Source: an uncultured Hormoscilla sp. (GTDB lineage: Bacteria > Cyanobacteriota > Cyanobacteriia > Cyanobacteriales > Desertifilaceae). Taken from it: DNA of 64,000 nucleotides. The notes beneath the pieces were generated by a model. It searched no databases, had not been told where the DNA came from, and saw only the letters and a list, made by a program, of their open reading frames with translations. Below are positions 43,107 to 53,840 of the stretch, piece by piece. Made by a program: the position numbers and the translations under genes. Positions within the stretch are counted from its first letter, which is position 1; each line of letters starts with the position of its first letter. The stretch covers positions 4,160,001-4,224,000 of the forward strand of contig OZ001293.3 in NCBI GenBank assembly GCA_963921275.4, given 5' to 3'.

Positions 43107-44069
43107 TCAAGATTCGCTGCCTATCTCTAATAATACTTTTAACACGCCTCGCTGCTGGGCATGCCCGAAGGCTGCTAGTCCTTCTTCTAGGGGATAGTAG
43201 GCCTGAATTAATGGCTTGACATCTACTTGGTTTTGTGATAGTAGCTCTAATGCGGGTTGAAAGGGACCGCAGCGAGAACCGATGAGAGTAATTTCATCTA
43301 CGACCAGAGAGGAGGCATCAATGGTGATGTCGCCGGCGTAGGTGCTCTTGAGCACCAGGATGCCCCGGGGACGTAAGGCGCGACGGGCGATCGCCCATCC
43401 TTGGGGGTTGCCCGTACATTCTACGGAGATATCGAAGTATCCTGCTTGCACGGCATCGGCGAACCCGGTTTTAATGCCCCGGGCCTCTAGGTTAGCCAGC
43501 TTTTCGGTATGGCGACCAATTACTAGCAATTCGCAGCCAGTTAGGGCCAGGGTTTGGGCCACTAACTGCCCTAGTTTACCATCTCCCACTACCAGAAGGC
43601 GATCGCCTTCTGTTATCTTAACCTGCTGTTGAATTTCCAGAGCCGCTGCCACCGGTTCGGTAAAAGTTGCCGCATCAGTGGAGACGCGATCGGGCACAGG
43701 ATGAAGATTTGCCGCTGGCAAGGTAAGATATTCAGCAAACGCTCCGTGGCGGTTAACGATACCGAGGACAGTGCGATTTTCGCAGTGAGTCGGTTGTCCG
43801 GTGCGACAGAAGCGACAGTTGCCACAGGCGGCATTAATTTCTCCCACTACCCGCTGGTTAATCAGGTGTGATGGACCAAGTTCGACAACACCGACAAATT
43901 CATGACCTAAGATACCACTGTAGGGATAGTAGCCTCGAATCAGTTCTAAATCCGTGTTGCAGATGCCAGCACGCAAGACGCGCACCAGTGCTTCTCCCGG
44001 TGGCGGTTCCGGTATAGGGAGGTTAGTGCGCAGTTGCAATTGGTTATTTTCTAGCCAGAGTCCTTTCAT
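43107..44069 (-). CDS. Zinc-dependent alcohol dehydrogenase (MDR family)
   Basis: GICNTD, GHEFVG, CGNCRFC..HC, GDGKLG. Confidence 0.92.
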   Translation of the reverse strand: MKGLWLENNQLQLRTNLPIPEPPPGEALVRVLRAGICNTDLELIRGYYPYSGILGHEFVGVVELGPSHLINQRVVGEINAACGNCRFCRTGQPTHCENRTVLGIVNRHGAFAEYLTLPAANLHPVPDRVSTDAATFTEPVAAALEIQQQVKITEGDRLLVVGDGKLGQLVAQTLALTGCELLVIGRHTEKLANLEARGIKTGFADAVQAGYFDISVECTGNPQGWAIARRALRPRGILVLKSTYAGDITIDASSLVVDEITLIGSRCGPFQPALELLSQNQVDVKPLIQAYYPLEEGLAAFGHAQQRGVLKVLLEIGSES

Positions 44070-44195
44070 TATCAGTTACCAGTTACCAGTTACCAGTTTA
44101 GCGTTTACTGCGATTTCTCGTTACCAGACTCGATCTGGTAATAAGATTTGGGAGGATCCCGTCTCCTTATGAGTTGATCGAACTCAGATATAAAT

Positions 44196-44640
44196 AACTC
44201 AAGTTGCTACCTAAAAAAATTGAATACAAAAAGCGATGATAAAGAGCATCGTTTTCAACTCTAATCCTTGGGATGTAACAGCATGAATTGTCTTGGTAAA
44301 TAAATTAGTTATCTGACTAAAACAGGTTTCAACTTGTTTTATAGTTACTTTCTGTACATATTCAAAGCAGGCAGATTCCTTTGTTTTTTAATTTCTATTG
44401 CGCGTTTCAACATGAGATTTAGTGATAATTTTAGTAAATCCTCTAATTGATAATCCTTATAAGCCTTATCTCCATAAACTATCGACTCTGATGGTAGCTC
44501 GAAGCAATTGGAGAACATTAGCATCATTATAACTACCAGGGGCTAGATAAAATTCTATTGGTTTCCCACTTTTGTTTACCAACAACTCGCCAACCAGAAA
44601 AATAACGTTTTTTACGCTTCTATATATCCTCGGTATTCTT
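44196..44640 (-). pseudogene. Degraded IS982 remnant
   Basis: IR ACTCAAGTTGCTACCT and homology to 38376-38830 with indels (IVYGDKAYKDYQLEDLLK). Confidence 0.85.
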
Positions 44641-44923
44641 CGCTGAATTCCAAAACAATTCGAGATTTTAAATTTTGCCTATATATTGAGAAAATTTCGT
44701 GAAGGAACTGAACAAGACGCAACAACCGAAAAAAATATGGCTGCGCCCCCAGCGCAGCGCTATCGGCTGGGCGGGCCATTGTTTCCCGTCATCTTGACAG
44801 GGCTAGTTTCCGGCTGTGTCCCCCCCTCGTTCCCACGGCTCTGCCTGGGAACGTGCTCAACCGCGCTCCCGAGGGACACAGAAGTGGTCGCGAAGCTTGC
44901 ATTGAGATGCACCCTCAAGTAAC

Positions 44924-45856
44924 CTAGCAACCGAAAATACCGCAAACGTTGCGAATAGTGTTGGTTACATTATTAATTGTACTCAAGGTTTTGTTCAGGT
45001 CGTCAATCCGATCGCGCGGATCTGGTTCGGTACTCGCCACATAAGCTTGTCCCAACTCCGGTGCTGCTGAATTCTCCACTTGCAAGCTCAAAAAAATCCC
45101 GGCCTGGGGTGCTTGCTGCAAAAAGGTATTAATCGGAATCGCATAATTAAATCCCGGCTTGATTTGAGAAGCAATGCTGACCGCTACCTCCTCACTAAAC
45201 CTTCTGCTATCAATTTACTGTGATCTTCCTTATCTCCCAACCCGTGAATGCCAATCACGCGACCTCCCGCATCAAATACCGGTCCCCCACTCATCCCCGC
45301 GCGAGTTACATTGGTATAAATCATCTTGTAACCCAAATAAGGCTTCTCCAAAAAAGCCGATATCGCACCCCCCGTAAACTGACGAATCAGTGGACCGCCA
45401 GCTTGTTGCCCTACTGTGCCTAAAGCCAGCCATCCAGACACAAAAACATTCTGTCCCTCATTCGCCAGTTCAGAATTCGCCAGTTTCGCAATTTGATATT
45501 CTTCTTTATTGCTGGTAAATTCCACCAATGCTAAATCAACATCAGGCAGCGGTTTTACCTTCTTCAGATCCACTTCGTAAGCTTGCTTGTTCGGGGCAAC
45601 CAGAATGCATTTTTCCAAACCGCCAACCACGTGCATATTTGTCGTAGTAATTATTGCCATATTTAGCAATAATTACTCCCGAACCATGTCCTTTTCCCGT
45701 CTCTGTTTCCCCTACAATTAACACCGTCACCTCGCGGGCGATATAATTTACCTGCGTGCCAGTCAACGCCACGGTCTTTCCCGCCAAGGTTACTACTAGC
45801 GCACTGGCGATCGCCACCCCGCCGACAAAGGCAGGAATACTATTGTCAAACCTCAT
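44924..45856 (-). pseudogene. Trypsin-like serine protease, frameshifted
   Basis: HGSGVII, HVV, DLALVEF and GMSGGPVFDAGGRVIGIHG spread across frames. Confidence 0.8.
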
Positions 45857-45938
45857 AATTTTACCTCCAAACAATCAAATCTCACTTGACAAGGGACAAA
45901 AACTGCAAATAGGTACTCTAATGGGAATTCTCCAACTA

Positions 45939-46679
45939 GGGCGTGTCATCAATTAAGCCATATTACAGCTGCCGCGAGGTAGATGGCACCCAAGAAATTG
46001 CGAGCCGTTTTATCGTAGCGTGTCGCCAGAGCCCTGTATTGCTTGAGTTTTTGGAATAGATTTTCAATTAGATGCCGCCACTTGTACATTTCTTCATCGT
46101 ATTCTCTGTGTTCTGTGCGGTTACTTTTTGGAGGAATGACAGCCATCCAATCCGCCTCTTTCAGGCGCTCGAGCACACGTTGTTCCGCATCATAGGCTTT
46201 ATCTGCAAGCAGCGCGCCAATCTCACCGATTTTATCCAATAGCACGTCAGCGCCTTTCCCGTCGTGGGCTTGGCCAGGGGTAAGATGAAATCCTGTGGGA
46301 TTGCCTTGGGCAATCGCAAGTGGCATGAATCTTTGTCGATAGTCCCCCTTTACTACGGCCTATGGCTTGGGTTTCGCACGTATCTGAGGGTGTTTTTTTT
46401 TGCACCCGCACGCTCGTTGATGGGCACGCAGGATGGTGGCATCAATCGCGGCGTATTCGTTATCGGCGTCTGAGGCCAAGACATCGAATACCTGCTTCCA
46501 AACTCCCTTTTCAGACCAACGGGTATGGCGGGTATGAACAACCCGAAAATCCCCGTTCCCACTGGTCGTCTCGCAAGCCATAGCGTCTCATATCATGCCC
46601 TCTTGATTGTTATTGCTGGATAAGGACTCCATACCGTATCCATCTATTTCTGTCAAGCAATTTGATTGATGACACACCC
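45939..46679 (-). mobile_element. IS5-family element (transposase in several frames), TA duplication
   Basis: TIRs GGGCGTGTCATCAAT / ATTGATGACACACCC; IDATILRAHQ, ADKAYD, YKWRHLIENLFQKLKQYRALATRYDK. Confidence 0.88.
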
Positions 46680-47415
46680 TAGAATCGATCATTTTTTCTA
46701 AGATAGCGGGTTCCAGTTCAGTACCATCAGCAAAGGCATAGACTCCAAAAGCCGGATCTCGGTGTTTCACCCGACCGTTAATGCCAATCAGCAAACCCCT
46801 AGCATTCAATATCGGACCGCCACTCATTCCCACCACAATATCATTTGTATAGCCCAAACGATAGCCCCGATCGAGAGATTTAGACAGTAACAGGGACACC
46901 TCCCCTTTCGTAAACTGAAACGCCTCAATTCCCAACTCAAAGGTAGTTCTCACAGTGCCGGGATGATACATGGGAAAACCGGCAGCATATACCCGTTCTC
47001 CCACGATCGCGGCTTCCGTACTAACTTCCGCTATCGGATAGTCCGCCCCACTGCTAAACTGAGCGATCGCCATATCAGTATTTCCCAGTCGTATAGGCGA
47101 TCGGGCCAATTCTTACCGTTGACCATCATGGGCGATCAGCGTATACTCCTCGCTAAAAGCAACCACGTGCCAACTGGTCACTACCGTATAAACTTGCCCC
47201 GATCTCCCGATGATCGCCCCCGAACCAGAAGCCCTCGGCGTCAGAATGCGAACCGTCACCCCTTGGCTTAAACGTTTTATCTGAGCAGATGTCATATCCC
47301 CAGCCTGGGAAACTAGAAGCACGGGTTGAGCGATCGTCTCCTCGAAGAAGTATAATTGGGTAAAGGCGATCGCCACTAAGACAGCATAGCGGAAGTAACT
47401 CCTGCTTGGCTCCAT
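46680..47415 (-). pseudogene. Trypsin-like serine protease with in-frame TAA (47113-47115); C-terminus cut by IS5
   Basis: SGSGAII, TSWHVV, DMAIAQF, GMSGGPILNARGLLIGING; the frame resumes SWRIPI beyond the IS. Confidence 0.8.
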
Positions 47416-47429
47416 CTAAAACTCCTCCC

Positions 47430-48071
47430 TACCTGCGGGAATATTTGGTTTTCTCTCTGGCTGTACGATCGTCTCAGACCTAGTATGCGTCTCGAGGGAG
47501 ACGTCATACTCCAGGCGCTGACATCGATATAAGGTCTTTGCCTAACCGTACTTTCTCACAGAGAAGGCGTCCCCGCTGTCCTTTCCGCCAAGCCAAAAAT
47601 TTTTCAGCGCCCCAATGGGGTCTTGACCGGGTTTGAGCGTATATATCAACTTTTCGCAGCCTCCATTTACCCGACTAGCCGTACAAATTTAGTATTTTGG
47701 GCGTTGCACAACCACGGGATGATAGGGGTTGTTAATTGTTAATTGTTGACAGCTACTTAAAATAGTCAGAAGTTGTCATATATAGATTTATAAACTCATG
47801 AACAATTTTCAATTTTCCTCGTTCCCTGGGGACCGCCTGGGAACACGCTGCGCTAATTTTCAACCATTGGCTGGTATCATCCCCAAAATGTGCAACGCCG
47901 TATTTTGGTAAACTGTTTTAGGTATACTTGATGAGGTATCGCAATAGAATCCCGATTGACCCGGTGCCGGTTGGCTGTGCTGGCTTTACTAGCACTCACT
48001 ACCCCAAGCACCGTCAAGGAAGCGATCGCGATCGCCCCTTTCTTCAGCAATGATGTTAATTTCATCACCAA
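47430..48071 (-). pseudogene. COP23-like protein remnants
   Basis: Signal-peptide fragment and ICTASRVNGGCEKLIYTLKPGQDP fragment. Confidence 0.55.
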
Positions 48072-48198
48072 ACTCCTTATTTTACCTAAATTATTTGCTT
48101 CTTCCCTATTAGCAAAAGAAACAGAAAGGCTACCGTGTCAATACTAAAATATGCAACAATATCACCCAATTACCTTTTCGACAATCACTTGACAAACC

Positions 48199-48711
48199 AT
48201 GAAACGTTCTTTATCTGCTGTGGCGATCGCCTCCTGTCTCGTAACAGGGGTGCCAGTCATCAGCTATGCCAATGGACTTCCGGGATTAACCATATTTGGC
48301 GGTCCCGAGCGGCAATACCTGTTACCCTTCCGGTTAGATTTCGGGGGTCAACCGGATCAGTGGGACCGTTACCGACTGAGAATTCCCGCCAGTAAACTGA
48401 AGCTAGCAGCTGCTCAGTTTTCCGTTTCCTATCCCGAGCGCTTCAACGGCAAATTCAACCCCGAAGAAATTCAAGTCCGGGTGAAAAGGAAGCCCATTCC
48501 TTTACAGGAGGTGATTTGGGACCAGGAAAATAACCTGATCGAAATTTATCCCGAAACTCCAGTACCGGCGGGAACTCAAGTGGAGCTAGTGTTCTCCAAC
48601 GTCATCAACCCCACCTTTGGCATCTACTACTTCAAATGTCTCATCCTCACTCCCGGTGATATCCCCCTGCCTCGCTATATCGGCACCTGGGATTTGAGCA
48701 TTAATAGATAG
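48199..48711 (+). CDS. DUF2808 domain protein
   Basis: Signal peptide, DRYRLRIP, NVINP.FG.YYF, YIGTW.L; usual position upstream of cyanobacterial rpmH. Confidence 0.8.
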   Translation: MKRSLSAVAIASCLVTGVPVISYANGLPGLTIFGGPERQYLLPFRLDFGGQPDQWDRYRLRIPASKLKLAAAQFSVSYPERFNGKFNPEEIQVRVKRKPIPLQEVIWDQENNLIEIYPETPVPAGTQVELVFSNVINPTFGIYYFKCLILTPGDIPLPRYIGTWDLSINR

Positions 48712-48777
48712 GCGCAACGAGGGTGGTATAATTAGGAATTGTGACTTTTTGACGAGGTTGACGAGGCTGGAAGTATT

Positions 48778-48915
48778 ATGACTAAACGCACCTTGGGTGG
48801 GACGACACGCAAACGCAAGCGCACCTCGGGTTTTCGCGCTCGTATGCGGATCAAAATTGGCCGCCGAACGATCAATGCTCGCAGAAGAAAGGGGCGTCAT
48901 CGCCTCAGCGTCTAA
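48778..48915 (+). CDS. rpmH: 50S ribosomal protein L34
   Basis: Hand translation [45 protein letters not shown] (45 aa, below the ORF-track cutoff). Confidence 0.97.
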   Translation: MTKRTLGGTTRKRKRTSGFRARMRIKIGRRTINARRRKGRHRLSV

Positions 48916-48931
48916 TGATTCCGTAAGCGCA

Positions 48932-49513
48932 GTGTTACCGAAAGCCCATAGACTCAGATACTGGCGAGACTTTGAAGCAGTTTATCAGAGTCGAAGAAGT
49001 CGTCGCACCCCTCATCTGACTTTAAGAGCTTTGCCTCCGGTGTCCCCGGGTGAGGTGTCTCCTGGTGCTGCATCTCCTGGTGAGGTTTCTTCTGGGAGCT
49101 TGATGTCCGGGGGACATCATAGTCGCACTACCGAGGAGAAACTTCGCGCTAGTCGGACTACCCTGGAGACCACAGCGAGACGGTCTACTCGCACAAAAGA
49201 GGGGACACCGCCCCAACCTCAGCACCAGTCGCAGGTCGATGCGCCGGTTGCAGCAGGGTCGCAGCCAACGCGGGTTGGTATTGTTGTGGGCAGGAAAGTC
49301 AGTAAAAAAGCTACGATCCGCAATCGGATCAAGCGGCGACTGCGGGCCTGTATGCGCCAGTTGTTGCCGAGTTTATCACCTGGTTGGCAGCTGGTAGTAA
49401 TGGCCCGACCAGCAGCAGGGGAGTGCGATTCTGCTCAATTTCTGCGAGAATTAGAGCAGATGTTGGCAGAAGCGGAGGTACTCAATGGGGATTCGAGAGG
49501 ACGTGTATTATGA
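48932..49513 (+). CDS. rnpA: Ribonuclease P protein component with an in-frame insertion of about 57 aa
   Basis: LPKAHRLR...DFEAVY, RVGIVVGRKVSKKATIRNRIKRRLR (RNR motif); follows rpmH. Confidence 0.93.
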   Translation: MLPKAHRLRYWRDFEAVYQSRRSRRTPHLTLRALPPVSPGEVSPGAASPGEVSSGSLMSGGHHSRTTEEKLRASRTTLETTARRSTRTKEGTPPQPQHQSQVDAPVAAGSQPTRVGIVVGRKVSKKATIRNRIKRRLRACMRQLLPSLSPGWQLVVMARPAAGECDSAQFLRELEQMLAEAEVLNGDSRGRVL

Positions 49514-49877
49514 GGGAGGACCCCATATCGGTGATTTGATCTTCAATCTGTTGCTGGGATTGCTGATAATATTTTTGCCCCTGACAGTGGGGGCAATAGT
49601 CAGGGCCCTGTGGCTGCGCTACCGGATAACCAGTCGCCGCATCTCGGTTACAGGTGGCTGGATGGGACGCAATCGGGCCGATCTGATCTATTCGGAAATC
49701 ACCAATATAGTAAAGGTGTCTCGCGGACTAGGCTTCTGGGGAGATATGGTCATCACCCTCAAAGATGGTAGCAAGGTAGAACTCAGAGCCATCCCCAATT
49801 TTCGAGAAGTATATAACTACATCAACGAGAAAATGCCTAGCAAAGCAAAAAAACAGAGTGCTGCTAAAAGTAGTTAA
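49485..49877 (+). CDS. PH-domain (bPH_2) membrane protein
   Basis: YEGGPHIGDL, RYRITSRRISV, WGDMVITL.DG; lies between rnpA and yidC. Confidence 0.85.
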   Translation: MGIREDVYYEGGPHIGDLIFNLLLGLLIIFLPLTVGAIVRALWLRYRITSRRISVTGGWMGRNRADLIYSEITNIVKVSRGLGFWGDMVITLKDGSKVELRAIPNFREVYNYINEKMPSKAKKQSAAKSS

Positions 49878-50090
49878 AGTAAACACCAGGCTGTGCCTAA
49901 CTTGGTGCAGCCGGACCCCGAGATGGAAAGTTGTTAGTTGTCAGTTGTCAGGAGGCATGGTAGGCGGTCACCCCAAGGCATGGTACGCGGTCAACATACA
50001 TCAATTCGCAATTCACAATTAACAATTCGCAAGCAACTCTAGAGATTAGAATCGGAAAAGTACCCCAGCGCAAAGGTAAACTCAGAAAGT

Positions 50091-51287
50091 ATGGACTTTG
50101 GTATCGGTTTTCTCAAAAACAATGTAATGCTGCCGATCCTAGACTTTTTCTACGGGATCGTGCCCAGCTACGGATTAGCGATCGTGGCTCTCACCCTGGT
50201 AATTCGTACTGCAGTCTACCCTCTGAGTGCAGGCTCCATTAGAAGTATGCGTCGCACGCGAGCGGTTCAGCCCTACATGCAGAAGCGACAAGAAGAAATT
50301 AAGACTAGATATAGAGACGACCCAACCAAGCAGCAGGAGGAGATGGGTAAACTCTTCAAGGAAGTGGGCAACCCTCTGGCAGGGTGCTTGCCAGTGCTGT
50401 TGCAAATGCCCGTGTTGTTTGCCCTGTTCGCAACCTTGCGGGGTTCGCCCTTTGCTAATATAAATTACTCAGTCAATCTGGAAATATTTCCCCAAGCACA
50501 GATTGAGCGCATAGTGCCCCAAGCATTTGCCACTAAGCCCCAGAACATCTATGTAGCAGATGGGGTACGGGCACCAGTAGTGGCTTTGCTTCCAGGGGGC
50601 AATAAGCTGGGGGTGGGAGAAAAAACTAAGGTATTGTTTCAGACGACCGAAGGCAAACCATTCCAAGATATATTAGCAGAAAACCCGGAAGCTAAGCTGG
50701 TAACTGAATGGACAGTGCTCAAGGGCGAAGAACGAGTACAGATAGATGCCCAGGGCAATATAGTAGCCCTCCAGCCCGGAGAAGTCACCATTCAGGGAAC
50801 GATACCAGGGTTAGCCGCTAATAAAGGATTTCTATTCATCAAGGCTCTAGGCCAGGTGGGGGCAGTTGGTGAAAATGGGGAAATAAATTGGGATATTGTG
50901 GGCATGGTACTGTTTTTTGGCATCAGCTTGTATCTCAACCAGAATCTCTCAGGTCAAGGAACAAGCAATGCTAACGCTCAGCAGCAGACGGTTAACAAAA
51001 TTACGCCAGTGTTGTTCTCAGGCATGTTTTTGTTCTTCCCGCTGCCAGCTGGAGTATTGATGTACATCGTGATAGCTAACATTTTCCAAACGGGCCAGAC
51101 GTTGATTTTGTCCCGGGAGCCTCTGCCGGAGAACATCCAAAAAATAGTAGACGCGGAGGAGGCTAAGAATGTAAAGGAAGAGAAAAAAGATGTCCTGCCA
51201 TTTGAGCCGAAAAGTTACAAGAAGAAAGAGAAAACAGAACCAGAACTGACGAAAAAATCGCAACGTGCTAAAAAGAAAAAGATGTGA
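50091..51287 (+). CDS. yidC: Membrane protein insertase YidC
   Basis: [36 protein letters not shown]. Confidence 0.96.
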   Translation: MDFGIGFLKNNVMLPILDFFYGIVPSYGLAIVALTLVIRTAVYPLSAGSIRSMRRTRAVQPYMQKRQEEIKTRYRDDPTKQQEEMGKLFKEVGNPLAGCLPVLLQMPVLFALFATLRGSPFANINYSVNLEIFPQAQIERIVPQAFATKPQNIYVADGVRAPVVALLPGGNKLGVGEKTKVLFQTTEGKPFQDILAENPEAKLVTEWTVLKGEERVQIDAQGNIVALQPGEVTIQGTIPGLAANKGFLFIKALGQVGAVGENGEINWDIVGMVLFFGISLYLNQNLSGQGTSNANAQQQTVNKITPVLFSGMFLFFPLPAGVLMYIVIANIFQTGQTLILSREPLPENIQKIVDAEEAKNVKEEKKDVLPFEPKSYKKKEKTEPELTKKSQRAKKKKM

Positions 51288-51787
51288 TTGTTCTTATGAA
51301 TGAAAGTAAAATCCAACTAGGTAAGGAGTGGCTTGAAGAATTTCTGCACAAAGCAGGTTTGCCAGCAACTGTAACCAGGCAAGAAAATCAAGCAGAACCG
51401 GGAATGGAAAGTTGCTGGCTGACTATTGACTCCCAGAATCTGACGGCCCAACAGATGGAAACATTGACTACGAGGAAGGAGGGTGTGGCCCTAGATGCAA
51501 TTCAGTATTTGGCAAATACGATCCTCAATTTGGGCTGTACTCGCGATGAGCAAATTGCCTATACAATTGAATTGAATGGCTATCGATCTCGCAGGCAAGC
51601 AGAGTTACTCCAGCTGGCATCTGATGCTGCTACGCAGGTGCGTCGCACAGGGGTGCCGTTTGAGATGAAGGACCTATCGGCGGCAGAGAGACGCCAAGTC
51701 CATACTTTTCTCAAGTCCTATGAGGATATAGCAAGTGAAAGCCGGGGTCGAGAAGCAGATAGACGCTTGATAGTGCGCCGGTTGTAG
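51284..51787 (+). CDS. jag: Jag/KhpB-like R3H RNA-binding protein
   Basis: [17 protein letters not shown] (R3H), SESRGRE..RRL. Confidence 0.88.
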   Translation: MIVLMNESKIQLGKEWLEEFLHKAGLPATVTRQENQAEPGMESCWLTIDSQNLTAQQMETLTTRKEGVALDAIQYLANTILNLGCTRDEQIAYTIELNGYRSRRQAELLQLASDAATQVRRTGVPFEMKDLSAAERRQVHTFLKSYEDIASESRGREADRRLIVRRL

Positions 51788-51809
51788 CAATGTTTCTGGT
51801 AGTGGTGTC

Positions 51810-52316
51810 ATGGAACCAATTTATATTCCTAACTTAGTGAAAGCCCCCGATCGCACTCTTTCCCTGGAGGTGCGCGATCGCCTACCAGATATGGAAAGTC
51901 TGACGGCGGTGACGGGACGAATGCTAGTGAGACATCAACGGAATTATCTGGAGGTTTTAGCAACAGCGGAAACGATTATTACTCTCACCTGCGATTGCTG
52001 TTTGCAGCAGTACAATCACCGCCTGAAAGTTGATACTTCCGAACTGATATGGTTGGATGAAGCTGCAGATAAACGGGACGCAGATGGGCCCGTTTATCGG
52101 GAAGTAGGACTGGAAGATTTGGTAGAAGTCCTCCACCCGAGGGGCTATTTTTATCCAGATGAGTGGTTGTACGAACATCTGTGCTTGTCATTGCCTCACC
52201 GCCAGCTGTGCGATCGCCAATGTCCGGGCATTCAGCCAGGGCCTGATGCTAGGGAGTCACAACCGCTACTAGATCGGCGATGGGCTAGTTTGGCAGGGTT
52301 GAAAATAGAGAATTGA
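51810..52316 (+). CDS. YceD/DUF177 family protein
   Basis: LTCDCCLQ, LC.SLP.RQLC...CPG, DRRW..L. Confidence 0.88.
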   Translation: MEPIYIPNLVKAPDRTLSLEVRDRLPDMESLTAVTGRMLVRHQRNYLEVLATAETIITLTCDCCLQQYNHRLKVDTSELIWLDEAADKRDADGPVYREVGLEDLVEVLHPRGYFYPDEWLYEHLCLSLPHRQLCDRQCPGIQPGPDARESQPLLDRRWASLAGLKIEN

Positions 52317-52319
52317 GAA

Positions 52320-53840
52320 ATGGATTTTAATGAGGAGTTTGAATTATTGCTGCGATCGCGTTACCCGGCGATCTACATTCAGACAGCAGAAGAGGAAAGA
52401 GTAGAAGAGGCGATAGCTGCGATCGCAGCCAAATTAGGAAATCGGGCTGTATATATCTGGGATTTTGTAGATGGCTATCAGGGAAATCCTAATGATGCGG
52501 GTTTCGGACGCAGAAATCCCTTGCAAGCGCTAGAATTTGTAGAGAAATTGCCCATAAGTGCAGCAGCAATATTGGTACTGCGGGACTTCAATAGGTTTTT
52601 AGAAGATATTTCTATTTCGAGAAAATTGCGGAATCTATCCCGGGTACTGCTGTCTCAGCCGAAAAATCTAGTCATAGTAGCGCCAGAAATTGCAATTCCG
52701 ACAGAACTATCGGAAGCGATTACCGTCCTGGAGTTTCCTCTGCCAACAAGCGACCAAATTAAAGCCGAACTGGAACGCTTGTTAGGGGCGATCGCTCAAA
52801 GATTGACTGGGACAAATATAGATGAATTGGTGCGCTCCTGTCAGGGACTCTCGATCGAACGGATTCGCAGGGTGCTGGCAAAGGCGATCGCCAATCATGG
52901 GGAATTGCGTCCAGAAGATGTAGAATTAATTCTAGCAGAAAAACGGCAGAAAATTCGCCAAACGCAAATATTAGATTTCTATCCGGCCAAAGAGGATATT
53001 TCCGATATCGGCGGGTTGGATAACCTCAAAGATTGGTTGCTCAGGCGGGGAGGGGCATTCTCAGAACAGGCTAGAAGCTATGGCCTGCCCCATCCGCGCG
53101 GCTTGCTACTGGTGGGAATTCAGGGAACTGGTAAATCTCTGACGGCCAAGGCGATCGCCCACCACTGGCACCTACCCCTATTGCGGCTGGATGTGGGGCG
53201 TCTATTTGGGGGCTTAGTGGGTGAATCGGAATCCCGTACCAGACAGATGATTCAGCTAGCAGAAGCCCTGGCCCCCTGCGTGCTGTGGATAGACGAAATT
53301 GATAAGGCATTTTCGGGCTTAGGGGGCAAAGGGGATGCGGGTACAGCTAACCGCGTCTTCGGCACCTTTATCACCTGGTTGGCGGAGAAAACCTCACCCG
53401 TGTTTGTCGTTGCTACGGCCAATGATATCCAGGCTTTGCCCCCGGAAATGCTACGCAAAGGTCGGTTTGATGAAATCTTCTTTGTCGGTTTGCCCTCCCA
53501 GGCAGAACGCCGCTCAATATTTACTGTCCATTTGTCCCGCCTGCGCCCCCACAATTTAAAGAACTACGATATCGAACGGTTAGCCTACGAAACTCTTGAT
53601 TTTTCCGGAGCCGAGATCGAGCAGACGATAATTGAAGCCATGCACATAGGCTTTAGCCAGAACCGAGATTTCACCACAGATGATATCCTAGAAGCAGCAA
53701 GCCAAATTGTCCCCCTGGCTCGCACCGCTCAAGAACAGATCCGGTTCTTGCAAGACTGGGCCGCCTCCGGTAAAGCCCGCCTTGCTTCCCGACAAAGCAG
53801 TTTGAGCACCTCAATGGGCGCATTTCAATATGATTCTTAA
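52320..53840 (+). CDS. ycf46: Ycf46-family AAA+ ATPase
   Basis: GIQGTGKS, WIDEIDK, LRKGRFDEIFFV. Confidence 0.92.
   Translation: MDFNEEFELLLRSRYPAIYIQTAEEERVEEAIAAIAAKLGNRAVYIWDFVDGYQGNPNDAGFGRRNPLQALEFVEKLPISAAAILVLRDFNRFLEDISISRKLRNLSRVLLSQPKNLVIVAPEIAIPTELSEAITVLEFPLPTSDQIKAELERLLGAIAQRLTGTNIDELVRSCQGLSIERIRRVLAKAIANHGELRPEDVELILAEKRQKIRQTQILDFYPAKEDISDIGGLDNLKDWLLRRGGAFSEQARSYGLPHPRGLLLVGIQGTGKSLTAKAIAHHWHLPLLRLDVGRLFGGLVGESESRTRQMIQLAEALAPCVLWIDEIDKAFSGLGGKGDAGTANRVFGTFITWLAEKTSPVFVVATANDIQALPPEMLRKGRFDEIFFVGLPSQAERRSIFTVHLSRLRPHNLKNYDIERLAYETLDFSGAEIEQTIIEAMHIGFSQNRDFTTDDILEAASQIVPLARTAQEQIRFLQDWAASGKARLASRQSSLSTSMGAFQYDS

Noticed and set aside
13671..47415. Stop-codon reassignment explaining in-frame stops
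   Set aside because: TAA, TAG and TGA all occur, at positions implying different residues, and all three terminate intact genes.
48797..48931. Long N-terminal extensions of RnpA (also of UXS to 34171, LepA to 36002, ChrA to 23628)
   Set aside because: They overlap rpmH, neighbouring genes or repeats; family homology starts at the downstream start codons.
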